Below, in pieces: positions 36,277 through 49,719 of a stretch of 64,000 nt of DNA. This DNA is from Macrostomum lignano (lineage: Eukaryota). A program made the position numbers and the translations under genes. The stretch lies in assembly GCA_002269645.1 (NCBI GenBank), contig NIVC01000894.1:186001-250000 (forward strand), given 5' to 3'. Every line of letters begins with the position of its first letter. Positions within the stretch are counted from its first letter, which is position 1. The notes under the pieces were generated by a model, which was not told the origin of the DNA, did not search any database, and saw only the letters and a list, made by a program, of their open reading frames with translations.

Positions 36277-37140
36277 AATTAGCGGAATGGCCGTGTCTTC
36301 GGCCCGCCCTGCAGCCAATTCAATGGAAACTACGAGCGTAGTTGCAACAAACAGGCTGCCGCTGAGCGCGTATCGAGCCTAAGACCTGCCTAGCAACTAG
36401 AAAAGACCTGCATTCGATTTGAATCGAGATCTGTGGACCTAAAATATGATATGTCTCAGCAAGTCTTCGTAATCAAACGTGTCACGGCACGTGAGCCAGA
36501 CGAGTTTACCACAGAGCTGCTCTGCCCCTTCTTCTGGTATGTTTAGACTATTAGACTGTTTAAGTTTGAAACCATTCTTATGCTCGCAGAAATGAAAAAT
36601 GTCGCGTGTCTTTCACGTTGTCGATCCGTCGATGCTTCTTCTTTTTCTTGAAAGAAGACTAGACAAAAAGGTCAATGAGCCTGAGAGCAGAGGGACAGTC
36701 TGAACTACAATGCCTATCATTGTTGGCGAGAATAAGCCAGTACAAGCATAAAGCTTCAGTCCTGAGCAGCGCACCTGTACTCACTCTTGAATTCCGCTTA
36801 GTGGCAGAGTCTTGAGACAGAAGTGCACACAGAGGCCATCAGCTGTTTGAGGTAAAGCAATAAATTAGTTGTTGTGAAGACTGAGTGCAGACATGACCTT
36901 CTAGCGACCTGGACTTGAGCATTTTCAAGTCTCTCTACATGCATTGCAGGAGCAAAATTCAGTTCTATTCGTCATCAGCAACAACACCTTCGGATGCTGG
37001 CAAGTCGTGAGCAAAAAAACTTTCCCTATTATCCCTAATCCCACGGAAATCCCATCCGCAGATTAGGCAGAAAATGCATTGAGTGGCTGACCAAAAAACT
37101 GCTCTAAACACTGCACGCTGCATCAGAGGCCTCGTGAAGC

Positions 37141-37337
37141 TGCCGATTGAGTTGCAGCTTCTCCATCCATTTGGCATCTGTGGAGACAGCCGATTGAGTT
37201 GCAGCTTCTCCATCCATTCGGCATCCGCGGAGACAGCCGATTGAGTTGCAGCTTCTCCATCCATCAGGCATCCGCGGAGACTGCCGATTGAGTTGCAGCT
37301 TCTCCATCCATTTGGCATCCGCGGAGACAGCCGATTG
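37141..37337. repeat. 47-bp minisatellite x4
   Basis: Homologous to 23865-24062. Confidence 0.92.
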
Positions 37338-37869
37338 ATGGAGTAGCGAGTGAGCTTTAGTCCTGACCATGAGCATGAGCACACACTCAGAGAGGTCTGA
37401 GAACACAGCACTCACACAAAAGGCGTCGTTTTTGTTACCTTGACGACAAAGCATTTTTAGCCTCTACAAAAAAACGATTTTTTCAAGTCTCTCACACTTT
37501 TATTCAGTTTACGCTCGTAAATAGTGAAAAAAATCAGATTGAAATTCATTTCAAAAAATCATTTAAATATCTGAGCATTCAAAGTTATACGAAGGACTCT
37601 GATTCTTGAATTGAGTTTCCAGATCAATACAGATATAAAGCACCTAGCTGAACTAAATTTATCATAACGTAATGCAGATCCACTGTTCTCTGAAAGCATA
37701 TCTGTAGTTTTATAATACAAGTTAGCCAATGTAAAATAGTGTGCTGTGTGGTATGGATATACTACTTACTATAGTAACGTGATTGGATTCTTATCTCGTC
37801 GTATCAACTACATTTCAGTGGCTTATTGTTGAAAATTGTAGAAAAAAAGGAGAGGCGGTGGAGAGAGTG

Positions 37870-40170
37870 AAAGGATAGAAGGATGGGAGGAGAGGGGAGA
37901 TAGGGAAGGGAGGAGAAGGGAGATAGGGAAGGGAGGAGAGGGGAGATGGGGAAGGGAGGAGAGGGGAGATGGGGAAGGGAGGAGAGTGCAGATGGGGAAG
38001 GGAGGAGAAAGAAGATAGGGAAGGGAGGAGAGGGAAGATAGGGAAGGGAGGAGAGGGAAGATAGGGAAGGGAGGAGAGGGAAGATAGGGAAGGGAGGAGA
38101 GGGAAGATAGGGAAGGGAGGAGAGGGAAGATAGGGAAGGGAGGAGAGGGAAGATAGGGAAGGGAGGAGAGGGAAGATAGGGTAGGGAGGAGAGGGGAGAT
38201 GGGGAAGGGAGGAGAGGGGAGATGGGGAAGGGAGGAGAGTGGAGATGGGGAAGGGAGGAGAGGGAAGATAGGGAAGGGAGGAGAGGGGAGATGGGGAAGG
38301 GAGGAGAGGGAAGATAGGGAAGGGAGGAGAGGGGAGATGGGGAAGGGAGGAGAGGGAAGATAGGGAAGGGAGGAGAGGGGAGATAGGGAAGGGAGGAGAG
38401 GGGAGATAGGGAAGGGAGGAGAGGGGAGATAGGGAAGGGAGGAGAGGGAAGATAGGGTAGGGAGGAGAGGGGAGATGGGGAAGGGAGGAGAGGGAAGATA
38501 GGGAAGGGAGGAGAGGGAAGATAGGGAAGGGAGGAGAGGGAAGATAGGGAAGGGAGGAGAGGGAAGATAGGGAAGGGAGGAGAGGGGAGATAGGGAAGGG
38601 AGGAGAGGGAAGATAGGGTAGGGAGGAGAGGGGAGATGGGGAAGGGAGGAGAGGGAAGATAGGGAAGGGAGGAGAGGGAAGATAGGGTAGGGAGGAGAGG
38701 GGAGATGGGGAAGGGAGGAGAGGGGAGATGGGGAAGGGAGGAGAGTGGAGATGGGGAAGGGAGGAGAGGGGAGATGGGGAAGGGAGGAGAGGGGAGATAG
38801 GGAAGGGAGGAGAGTGGAGATGGGGAAGGGAGGAGAGGGAAGATAGGGAAGGGAGGAGAGGGAAGATAGGGAAGGGAGGAGAGGGAAGATAGGGTAGGGA
38901 GGAGAGGGGAGATAGGGAAGGGAGGAGAGGGAAGATAGGGTGGGGAGGAGAGGGGAGATGGGGAAGGGAGGAGAGGGGAGATGGGGAAGGGAGGAGAGTG
39001 GAGATGGGGAAGGGAGGAGAGGGGAGATGGGGAAGGGAGGAGAGGGGAGATAGGGAAGGGAGGAGAGTGGAGATGGGGAAGGGAGGAGAGGGAAGATAGG
39101 GAAGGGAGGAGAGGGAAGATAGGGAAGGGAGGAGAGGGGAGATAGGGAAGGGAGGAGAGGGGAGATAGGGAAGGGAGGAGAGGGAAGATAGGGAAGGGAG
39201 GAGAGGGAAGATAGGGTAGGGAGGAGAGGGGAGATGGGGAAGGGAGGAGAGGGGAGATGGGGAAGGGAGGAGAGTGGAGATGGGGAAGGGAGGAGAGGGG
39301 AGATGGGGAAGGGAGGAGAGGGGAGATAGGGAAGGGAGGAGAGGGGAGATAGGGAAGGGAGGAGAGGGAAGATAGAGAAGGGAGGAGAGGGGAGATAGGG
39401 AAGGGAGGAGAGGGAAGATAGGGAAGGGAGGAGAAGGGAGATAGGGAAGGGAGGAGAGGGGAGATGGGGAAGGGAGGAGAGGGGAGATGGGGAAGGGAGG
39501 AGAGTGGAGATGGGGAAGGGAGGAGAGGGAAGATAGAGAAGGGAGGAGAGGGGAGATAGGGAAGGGAGGAGAGGGAAGATAGGGAAGGGAGGAGAAGGGA
39601 GATAGGGAAGGGAGGAGAGGGGAGATGGGGAAGGGAGGAGAGGGGAGATGGGGAAGGGAGGAGAGTGGAGATGGGGAAGGGAGGAGAGGGAAGATAGGGA
39701 AGGGAGGAGAGGGAAGATAGGGAAGGGAGGAGAGGGGAGATAGGGAAGGGAGGAGAGGGGAGATAGGGAAGGGAGGAGAGGGAAGATAGGGAAGGGAGGA
39801 GAGGGATGATAGGGTAGGGAGGAGAGGGGAGATGGGGAAGGGAGGAGAGGGGAGATGGGGAAGGGAGGAGAGTGGAGATGGGGAAGGGAGGAGAGGGGAG
39901 ATAGGGAAGGGAGGAGAGGGGAGATGGGGAAGGGAGGAGAGTGGAGATAGGGAAAGAGGAGAGGGGAGATAGGGATGGGAGGAGAGGGGAGATGGGGAAG
40001 GGAGGAGAGGGGAGATGGGGAAGGGAGGAGAGTGGAGATGGGGAAGGGAGGAGAGGGAAGATAGGGAAGGGAGGAGAGGGGAGATGGGGAAGGGAGGAGA
40101 GGGAAGATAGGGAAGGGAGGAGAGGGAAGATAGGGAAGGGAGGAGAGTGGAGATGGGGAAGGGAGGAGGG
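37870..40170. repeat. 2.3-kb polypurine minisatellite, about 23-bp unit (TAGGGAAGGGAGGAGAGGGGAGA)
   Basis: Read directly. The 804-aa minus-strand ORF is an artefact. Confidence 0.97.
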
Positions 40171-41014
40171 GATATACTGATGAAAGAGGAGGGGAGATTA
40201 AGAGACAGAGTTAGAGCCTGCGACTTCAAAGGTTTCTGCTTTAGTTTTGTGATTTCAGGGGCAACAAGGGAGGCCCCGAAGGCCTGCAGATCGCCAATCC
40301 TGACGTCTTTAAACTCAGGAGGCCCCCTTCAGCTGGCCAGCAGTTAAAAAGTGAATTTCTAAATTTCTCATTTCACAACTCGCCTCCTGGTTTCTGGCTT
40401 TTCCAAATTCCAAAAAATTACCGATCATATGCACCTCATGCTGCAGTGCTCTCATCTCCCTTCTCATTTTGTCGAACTCGTGGAGTTTTCAACCAGCGCA
40501 GTTGCGACTCAAAACAATTTTTGTCAAAATAAAACTTGAGCGGAAGTCCATCCACTAAAAAAACACCTATGAGTTTGTGAAAGCTTTACTGACTACTGTT
40601 GAGTAGCAGTTCGAGTCTTGCAGTTGAGTCTGAGAAGAACAATCATGTGCTCAAGCTGTTTATGTTTGCACTGATCTGCTTCACCGCAACAAAGTATTTT
40701 CCAGTTTGAAATTCCTGATGGATAAATGGAGCTGGCCTGCGAATAAAAATATTATTCCTATTTGCTTTTTAATTGCACAAACTTTGCAAGCAAATCCGCA
40801 GTCGCACACTGACTACTTCAAGTAGCCACGCACTGACATTGCAGCAGTTCTGCTGTCCCCTCAGAGCCAATGGGAGAGGCAGAAAGGCAGGGTGAGAAGG
40901 AATTCGCTGCAGCTGCTCCAGGGCCAATAAAACCTGCTGCAGAGGTGGCCGCTGCCCTGTCGGACTCTCAGGCTGAGCTGAGACACCTGCGACTGACGGA
41001 CTGAGCTTGCAGCC

Positions 41015-43853
41015 ATGGCAGAGCGAGGGCCAAAAGCCTTGCTTAATAAGTTAATAAGAAGAAAAAAGAAACCATTTCTCTTTTCTGATGAAAAAGTAAG
41101 TAAAAATGCCTTAAATAAATATGCCTTGGGCTTGATTGCATTTTGCAGGAACTCACTCACATGTTTGAATGTGCAGCTTGGGTGCCTCAATTGCAGTTGC
41201 AGGAACTCACTCAGCCGGACCCCTGCAACCAAGCAGGCGTCGGAGGCTCACCAGCCGATCTCCAGACTCTCGCTCATGACGTCATCCAAGGTGACTTCGG
41301 CCAGGTGCGGCGGCTGGCAACGCGCCAGCTGGTCACCAGCGCTGATGCAGCTCGTGGGACCGTCCTCATGCTGGTGGCCGACGCTCCTGAAACTCCCGTG
41401 CACACTGAAAAGTGCATCTTGTACTTATTTGAGCTAGGCGCGAACCCCAAGGCGGCTGACGCGAACGGCGACACGGCTGCGCACCTGGCAGCCCGGCGGG
41501 ACCACTTGCGGCTGCTGACGCTGCTGTCGTTCGATGCGAAGTGGCTGCGGAACGACAACGGCGCCACTCCGCTGATGGAGGCGGCGCGGACTGGAAGCTG
41601 GAAATGCGCCAAGCACCTGCTGCACCTGCTCAGACAATGGAGGTTCAATGAGTGCTTTGAGCACGGAAACTCGAAGAGGACTCGGCTGCTCGGACTGAAG
41701 GATCGCAAGGGTCGGACGGCGTCGGACCTGGCGATGCGCAGTGGTCACTCAGAGCTGGCCAGCTACATCGAGCGGTGAGTGAGCAGTCAGCTGAGCTTGT
41801 CTCTGTCTCTGACTGCTTATAGACGAGAGCTGTGATTGGCTGGCTGCCTCCCAGCCAATGGGGTGCCGGTTAATCTCAGTCGAAAATGGAAGCTGTAGGG
41901 CCTCGGTGTGCAGTGGGAGTGTGTGGGTTGAGCTGCAGATGGAGAACTGGGAGGCTGCAGTGCGTGAGTGCTTTCTGTGCCATTGTGAAATGGAAAGAAA
42001 CTCATGCGGAAGAAATGAAAAATGAGCTGCGTGTGAGAAGTCGGATGCGCTCTCGCCAATGCTGATTGTTGCAGAGCAGCTGCAGTCCTCTTGGAAACTC
42101 CATCTGCGAGCAGCTCAGATAACTAGGAATTTCTGTCTACTGAATTTAGTACGAAAATTGAAGCAGATCAAAGAGATTTAATCGTACAAGATAATTTTAT
42201 TTTGGCCATGGTAATTGTCTGATTTGAGAAAACTGCAAATTGGCTGCTCATTTTTGCTGTTGCAGGGAGATGCGGCTGGTCGTAGATGCACTCGGCGAGA
42301 TTTCCGGCCTGACAGCCCAGGTGAGCGGCATCTGAGGTGCCGATGCGGCTGCAGCTGAGCAGCTGTGCTCAAATTTCCCGCTCGCCTTTGCAGGATCAGG
42401 CGGATCGACAGGAACTGCAGCGGCTGGCCAAAGCGGGCGACTCGGCGGGGCTGCGGCGAGCGGCGACCCGCGGCAGCTGCGACCTGCCTGATCATGAGGG
42501 TCAAACCGCGTTGATGTGGGCAGCTCAGAACAGCTCGTGCGGTGATGAGGCTTTGTGGGAGCAGCTGGTGCAGCTGGGTGACCCCACATGTGCGACTATA
42601 TTAGCTGAAAGTTGCCTGCACCGTGCAGCCAAGGCAGGCAATTCTGCCTCAGCCTCCGCTCTGCTGGCTGCCAGAGCCTCCGCCAATGCCAGGGAAGATT
42701 GGAGTGAATCCACGCCCCTCATGCTGGCAGCCATCAATGCGCCCCTCGCCAGCGCCGCCGCAGTCGGTCAGGTTCTGCTGGACTCAGGGGCGGATTGGAG
42801 CCTGAAGGACATGCGGGGCAGGACTGCGCTGGATTTGGCCACACAGCACGGAAAGAGCGAACTGGCTGAGCTGCTGCGTGGGTGAGTTTCCATGGCGACT
42901 GAGAATGTCTCTCCGACTTTGATTTATCATTGATAAACATTATGCTGTAATTTATGATTGAATATTGAGCAGCTGACTGCAGTTGCTCTGAGTGGGCATT
43001 TTTACATTTTTGTAGTTTAAATGGGCAGCAGGGACTGACTGAGCTGCATTGAGGGAGTTTGCAGTGCAGTTTGACTGCAGATTGCCAGTTGAATGTTAAT
43101 GTTCAGCTGCCTGCGAGCTGTGAGACACCAGCAAGCATTTTGCTGAGTCAGAAATCAGAAAAAAAGTAAGAGCTTAGAAAGAATGATGTTGGCAAGAAAT
43201 TTTGCAAAAATTATAGTAATTCTTTGAATGCTAGCTAGATGTATAGAACATATACGGTCAACTTTCTTTCAGATTTGAAGGAGTGATCTACTTCGATGAG
43301 TCCCTGTGAGTTTGCTACAGCACACACAGCTACAGCACACACAGCTACAGCACACACATCTACAGCACACACAGCTACAGCACACACACCTACAGCACAC
43401 AGCTACAGCACACAGCTACAGCACACAGCTACAGCACACAGCTACAGCACACAGCTACAGCACACATAGCTACAGCACACAGCTACAGCACACAGCTACA
43501 GCACACACAGCTACAGCACACACAGCTACACCACACACAGCTACAGCACACACAGCTACAGCACACACAGCTACAGCACACACAGCTACAGCACACAGCT
43601 ACAGCACACACAGCTACACCACACACAGCTACACCACACACAGCTACAGCACACACAGCTACAGCACACACAGCTACACCACACACAGCTACACCACACA
43701 CAGCTACAGCACACAGCTACAGCACACAGCTACAACACACACAGCTACAGCACACAGCTACAGCACACAGCTACAGCACTCAGCTACAGCACACAGCTAC
43801 AGCACTCAGCTACAGCACACAGCACGGAGCACGAGTTCCTGACGCGCGGGTAG
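41015..43853 (+). CDS. Ankyrin-only paralogue, copy 3 (kinase deleted; about 420-437 aa)
   Basis: Exons 41015-41095, 41149(or 41203)-41774, 42266-42320, 42394-42881, 43273-43305 and a speculative 43823-43853. The microsatellite abuts GAGCACGAGTTCCTGACG, the last codons of the kinase. Confidence 0.72.
41149..41774 (+). CDS. Copy 3 exon 2: ankyrin block A
   Basis: Ankyrin motifs as in the other copies; open frame. Confidence 0.88.
42394..42881 (+). CDS. Copy 3 exon 4: ankyrin block B
   Basis: GQTALMWAA, CLHRAAKAGN, STPLMLAA, KDMRGRTALDLA. Confidence 0.9.
43315..43822. repeat. CACAGCTACAG-type microsatellite, copy 3 (at the kinase deletion breakpoint)
   Basis: Read directly from the sequence. 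Confidence 0.94.
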
Positions 43854-46139
43854 CAGAAGATGAGCTGGTCGTTGGTTTGCCACCATCCACCCCATCATCA
43901 TCATCTTCAACTCAACTGAAAATGCGGCTAAAAATGAGACCTAGCAAACCATTTTTGCTCACGCCAGGATTAGCTTAGACTGCTTTCCTTGCTGTGCAGA
44001 GACTGGGTGGGGATTTCTCTGAATTCGATGCGGCTTGAGAAGTGTAGTATCATTCTTTTGCTGGATGAAGCTTTGTTTTTGCTGAAAATTTTATTTTAAG
44101 CTGATCTTACGCCGTCGTTTTTCTATTGGACTTTGTTGCAAGGACAATTAAGTTGAACTTAGAACAGCTTGAAATTAATTTCTGAGAATTTTTTAATAGC
44201 TAAGTTTAATAATTTTCGCTTTAATATTTAACGTGTCTGCTCAAATTTCAGACAATATTTACTCAAATTTTCAGTTCCTTGTCTTGAGTTCTCCCAAATT
44301 TCCCATTATTTATCCATGAACTCTCTGATGAATATCCCGCATACACAGGCTGTGACTGCTTCAATTCCGCCTGAGACTGAGTGCCAGGTGCACCCAGGAA
44401 ATTTACTCATTTTGAACTCATTTTGTTTATCTGCACCGCAGGCGTTACCGCCTCTGTTTTCTCTGCCCCACCACTCTTTTACACTCTGCCTTCCCTTGAG
44501 CTGCTCAAATTCCAATCTGTACTAAAGCTCTGCTATTTGCCATCTGCTGCTGTCTCTTTTTTGCGAGCTTTGTGACGAATTACTCAAATATACTCGTGTG
44601 TGACTCTCTAGCATACCGGAACTGCCCGACTATCAGCACTGAGTGGCTGCCGTGTTTGTTGAACTCAACTGCTGATAAAAATGGAAATGAAATTCAGGGA
44701 GTAGGAGAGTGAGATGCTATAATGGCAGCTGCAGAGAGAGTAGAGCCAGCTGCAGAGAGAGTCGATGGAGCTGCAGAGAGAGATACATACACGAAAGGTA
44801 AGCGCCTTAATGGGTATCATTCATCATTTTTTCAGCTGGCTTTCGGGACAAATCTCTTGGCCTATGAAGATTTCGCTTAGTTTTCCCGCATAGTTAAATG
44901 AGTTGTCTGAGTCGATCTGTGTGAAATGCAATAATGCTTGTTGAATCAATGTGCAAAATTAATTCAATTAATGTAGCCTATGAATGACATCACTCCGTGG
45001 GGAAACACTTAGAAAGAGGCACTCAGGGAGAAGCACTCCGGGAGAAGCACTCTATGAGAAGCACTCAGCGTGAGGCACTTACATTCGCACGACTTCCAAA
45101 CAGAAATTCACGGAAGAAAGACGAGAGCCATTTCCCCAATTCAGTTTCTCAGACGGCTCTTCCTAGCCCACTGGCTCTGAGACTTCGAAGAGTGTGAGAT
45201 CCCACACAGCTAATCCTGCTTCTCAAACCCTTTCCTCAAGCCTCCACCCCTGCCCAACTGAGCTGCTCAGCTCTGCAGCTGGCCAGCTTGGCTCGCTCTG
45301 TCAACTCCAACTCGGGAGCAGAGCCTCCCATACAGAAGTATACAGGAGCGCATGCTAAACTCCTCTCCAATGCCCCAGACAGCCACCAGCAGGATTTCCC
45401 AGCCCCAGCTTGGCTTCGCTGAGAAATTGCCGCCTGACTGGCGTGGCGATCAGCTCTCCCCGCGTTCAGAGCCGCTCTTTGGTGCACAGCCTGCATAATC
45501 AATACTGTGCCTGCATAATCAATACTGTGCCTGGGACAGACGGAGCTTTTAGCAAAGCTTTTGTTACTGAATTCCCAAGGCAATGCTTGGGCCAAAGCAT
45601 TCAGTACTGGGCAGTTGCTCAATTAATTCAAGAAATGCAGGGAGACTCCAATTAAATATGAAGTTAAAAATACGGCAGAGAAGAGTTTTGCCAAACATGC
45701 CATTGTGGCAGCTGGATTTGCAGATGCAGGAGTTTGAAGTCCAGTGCCATAAAAGCAATGACATCACTGAGCAACCGGCACCAATGCAGTGAACTCCCAG
45801 TCCCATTGCACTGACGGATTGGCTCAGGCCCGGAGGTCCTGGATCGAGTCCGGAGCCATCAGCTCTTCAGCCCCTGAGAGTAGCCGAGCTGCTCCCAGTC
45901 ACCTGAGCTCAGAGCGAGCCCAGCGGGTCACGTGACGGGCTGCGGCATCTCAGCAGAAGCGCCTGGAGAGGCCAAGTGAAGCCGCTGTCAGTTGCCAGCC
46001 CGATTGGCATCGCCATCAGGCCATGAAATCGGCATTCCTGGCGCACCTGGGGGCCGGTGGTATTCCCGCATTTACCTACACAAGAGATACACCGACCGCT
46101 GCTGCCCAAGATATGAAAAACAGTTCCCAAGCCGACACC

Positions 46140-46404
46140 TAGCACTCAGACACCCAGCACTCAGACACCCAGCACGAAGACACCCAGCACTCAGACACCC
46201 AGCACTCAGACACCCAGCACTCAGACACCCAGCACGAAGACACCCAGCACTCAGACACCCAGCACGAAGACACCCAGCACTCAGACACCCAGCACTCAGA
46301 CACCCAGCACTCAGACACCCAGCACTCAGACACCCAGCACTCAGACACCCAGCACTCAGACACCCAGCACTCAGACACCCAGCACTCAGACACCCAGCAC
46401 TCAG
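46140..46404. repeat. 15-bp minisatellite (CAGCACTCAGACACC)n
   Basis: Homologous to 18823-19008. Confidence 0.93.
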
Positions 46405-46994
46405 TCATCAGTGGCTCCCATTAGTCAAAGTGTTTGACCCCATCGCAGCCAATCACTATGGCCGCAAAGTAAATCATGTACTTTAAAAGTGCAAATCCAA
46501 AGTCACGTGGTTGTGCTCGGCTCCAGAGCGAACCCGCAACTCGCACTGCTCCGACTCTCCAGCTGCCTGCATTTGCTCAAAGTCTGCTGGGCTCAATGAA
46601 CTCCTTTTGCATGCTGGTCTGCGCGCATTTGCCAGTCTCTGTGCTGCTTTTGCATGCCGGTGAATCTGGTAAAACCGTGTGTGATTTCCGGTAAACAAAA
46701 CCATTGCTTTTTCAGAAAGAAGAGGTTTAGAAGGAGCAGGAGAAAAGAGGATTCGATGGACACTCGCTGTAAATGCGGGGTCCTTCAAAGACTCATAGGC
46801 GGCTGTAGCGACTTCGACCCGTCACTGCTTTTCTCCCCACGCCTCCCTGCTCCCACTCCAACCCCAGGCTTTCCTAATGCGGCTTATCCTACTCATAGCC
46901 ACAGCTCTCTAAGACAAGTTAAAGGAAGTTCCGTGTCGGAGAAAAAAAAACAGCTGCCGAAAGATTACGAGCCGAAAATTTGGAAGAGAGCAGT

Positions 46995-47762
46995 TGTAGA
47001 GTTATTAAAACTATCCCATAATGTCCTACTTAAAGTAATATACAAAGAAAGTCAATTCATTTTAGTCATATCTATTTTTAGGAGTCATGCGCAAACAGAG
47101 TGACTCAGAACCCCACGTAGGACCAATGTTAGTTTGATCAAGGAATCGGTTTCCAACAGCTGTATTTGCTTAACCCTATACCGGTATATGGTAATGCTCA
47201 AACATACATGACAGCTTAATACTGAATGACTTAAGTAAATATCCGATCCCAAACCGGTTTTTCTCCAAAATTTAGCTATAAATATAAGTGAAAATCCGAG
47301 TCAAAAATTCAGACTCAGAGTGGTCTCTAAGAAGACTTTGAAGGAACAAAGAATAAGACCAATCTCTGAGGGACCACACTTGTCCAATTGGTAACTTAAG
47401 GCCTCCTTGTTTCCTAGGATATATTCTTAGAGGATTTATTGATTTGATTTGAGTTATCCGTTACGTTTCGGACGTAACGAAGAAGACGCCCTTCAGGAGG
47501 ACCCATTAAAGAAACTCAGAGAATTAAGTTCTTCATTAGGGCGCACGTTCTATTGTTCATTCCGAGCTCGAGGACCGTCAAGAAATTCTGATTCGCTCTC
47601 TCGTTGTGGTCGACCTACAGATAAAGTCAACGACTCACAGAGGCAACACCTCACCGACGCTGAACCAAGAAGTCAAGAAGCTACTAAAGGAGTCGCTCCA
47701 GTAGGAGTTATTTGATTTTGTATATACCGAGGTACTTGATCCCCGAGGCATACCGAGGTTCT
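46995..47762. mobile_element. LTR-like insertion starting TGTAGAG
   Basis: Replaces the sequence found in the homologous block at 19600-19757. Shares AAACCGGTTT, ATAAGTGAAAA, GGCCTCC, GAAGAAGACGCCCTT and TAGGGCGCA with 49720-50535. No clear TSD. Confidence 0.45.
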
Positions 47763-48129
47763 TGCGTTTGGGGTTGCCGGAAAGTCATTAATTTTTCTTG
47801 CAGACGTACCTGGAGTTGGGGAAAAACAAGCTCAACTCGCGGTAGCTGTAAGACTGTGTGCGAGCCTGTATGGAACTTCTGAATTATTTGCCCGTTAGTT
47901 CTTTTCAGTTCTTCAAGCAGTGTGCATTTACAAAACGCTTCAATTTATCAAGACTTTCATCTTTGATCTACTTCTGGTTGAAAACATACAGCTAAATGCT
48001 CACTATGCTTAGAATAAAGATGTTTCCAGACTCCTTCATAAGCAGCTGACCAATCATTATGCTGCAGCTATCTGCCGATAGTCTAAAACATTACAGTGGG
48101 AAGAGAAAAGCTCACAGAGCACGAAATTA

Positions 48130-49719
48130 CCGTAAGATGACCCACTTACTAATTACTACATATGAGGCGAAACAGCGCGATTAGGCTTCCTGCCCCTATT
48201 GCAATCCAATGCTAAAAACAGAAAGGCGTTAGTCTTGAGGCTGCGCCCATCTTTCGCCAGCGGTAGAAAAGCTCGCGAGAGAGGCAACCGCGATCTTCAT
48301 CCGGCCGGTGTCCCGGACGAATGCGCGTTAGTCACGGATCCGGTCCGGGGTGGTCAGCTCGTCCAACCTTAGCAGCAGGTAGCTGAGCTGGTGTCTCCGC
48401 GCTACGTTGAAGTGCAGGCAGGAGGCGTCGCGTGATGCGCCACAGTTTCCTACTCCAAGTCACAAAAGGCGAATGGGGGAGCAGCTAATTTGCATTCAAA
48501 AATGTCTTTGGAAGAAGCCATGGCCAGTAATGACAATGCACATCTCACTGAGGTCAGTTTTACTCAAGGAGATTAGGCATTCAGATACTTTCCAGTTAAT
48601 TGGAGGCATCGCATCGCACGTTTGTTGATATTCGGAGCAGCCTCTCCAGTGCAGCGGGTGTTGGTGGCTGCTGAAGCATTTGCGAATGGCGCGGTTGACG
48701 GATGACTTCGGGGTAGACAGCTCGACCGAGTGCTGCGCTCCACCCAGGGTGCTGTCTCGCTTGGCGAGTGGATCCACCATCTCGTTGCCAAGGATATCGC
48801 TGTGGCCTGGTGTCCAGATCACGTTGATTCTATTGAGAATCGCTGCAAGCTTTTGCAAGCTTTTGAAACAAGGCGAAACTGACTTGGCTGATAGCTTGAT
48901 GGAAGACAAGGACTTTATAGCGGCCTGGTAGTCAGAGTAGAAACTGTGTCAAAGTTTGTGCAGCTGCTTAGTACATTGGTTGACGGTTGATGGATTGAAA
49001 ATCGATATATATATACATTAATTTATAAAGGCTCTCTTGCAGGATCGCCTCACCGGTGTGGAAAACGGATGTGCCGGCTCCAGCCAGGCCATCGCACAGG
49101 GATCCGTCAGTGAAGCAGTGGATGCCCTGACTCCATCGGTTGACGCCCGCGTCTAGTGGTAGCGATCTCGCGGCTGAATGGTTCACTTGAATTCCTTCCT
49201 GATGAGTTAAGGAATGGCACCTCGACAAGGTTGAGGTGGATGTGTTGTAGACTGCGACGTATATACGCGCTATTCCTTGTGCGGAATGAGCGTCCTCTCA
49301 GGCGTGAAGCCCGAGGGGAATTTAATAATAAATCTATCCCAGATTAAACGCGTGGCAGCTTGAATCGTCTCAGTTTCGATAGCCAGGTGCAGCGGAGGCA
49401 TGTTGAGGATGCTTTTGAAGAGAGAGAGAGAGAGAGAGAGAAAGCCCCTCTTAGAGGTTAGAGGGGTACCCTGCAGCTGGTACAGCCGTTTTAATCTCTA
49501 GCGCACTGGACCAAATCAAACACGTGTAGGTGATGCTGGTTCAGATGATTCCCGTGTAGATCCACCGGATGTCTTGGGAGAGAGCCCTCAGGTATGGCTC
49601 TTTTTACTTGTGCGAAACATTTTTTAGCGTGCACGATGACGCTGTCAACATTTTTGCTTCGAAGCATATACCATACGTGAGCGTTGCACCTTTTGTTACC
49701 TTGACTATGGGGTTGCCTT
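48130..49719 (-). mobile_element. Degenerate RNase H-containing non-LTR retrotransposon (I/LOA/R1-group-like): RT C-terminus, RNase H, Cys-His tail
   Basis: CFTDGS (48968-49228 ORF); [24 protein letters not shown]...[13 protein letters not shown] (48496-48909); GLSPK..RWIYTGII fragments near 49560-49600. Many stops and frameshifts. Confidence 0.85.

Larger units (their letters stand above)
34150..37088 (+). repeat. Segmental duplication partner of 19990-23023
   Basis: Near-identical sequence with the same LINE remnant and MITE. Confidence 0.9.

Noticed and set aside
45180-46700. GC-rich stretches with moderate ORFs (45236-45622, 45992-46486, 46476-46694) and their homologues at 18684-19300
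   Set aside because: Reading frames are not consistently preserved between the two copies and no domain was recognised.
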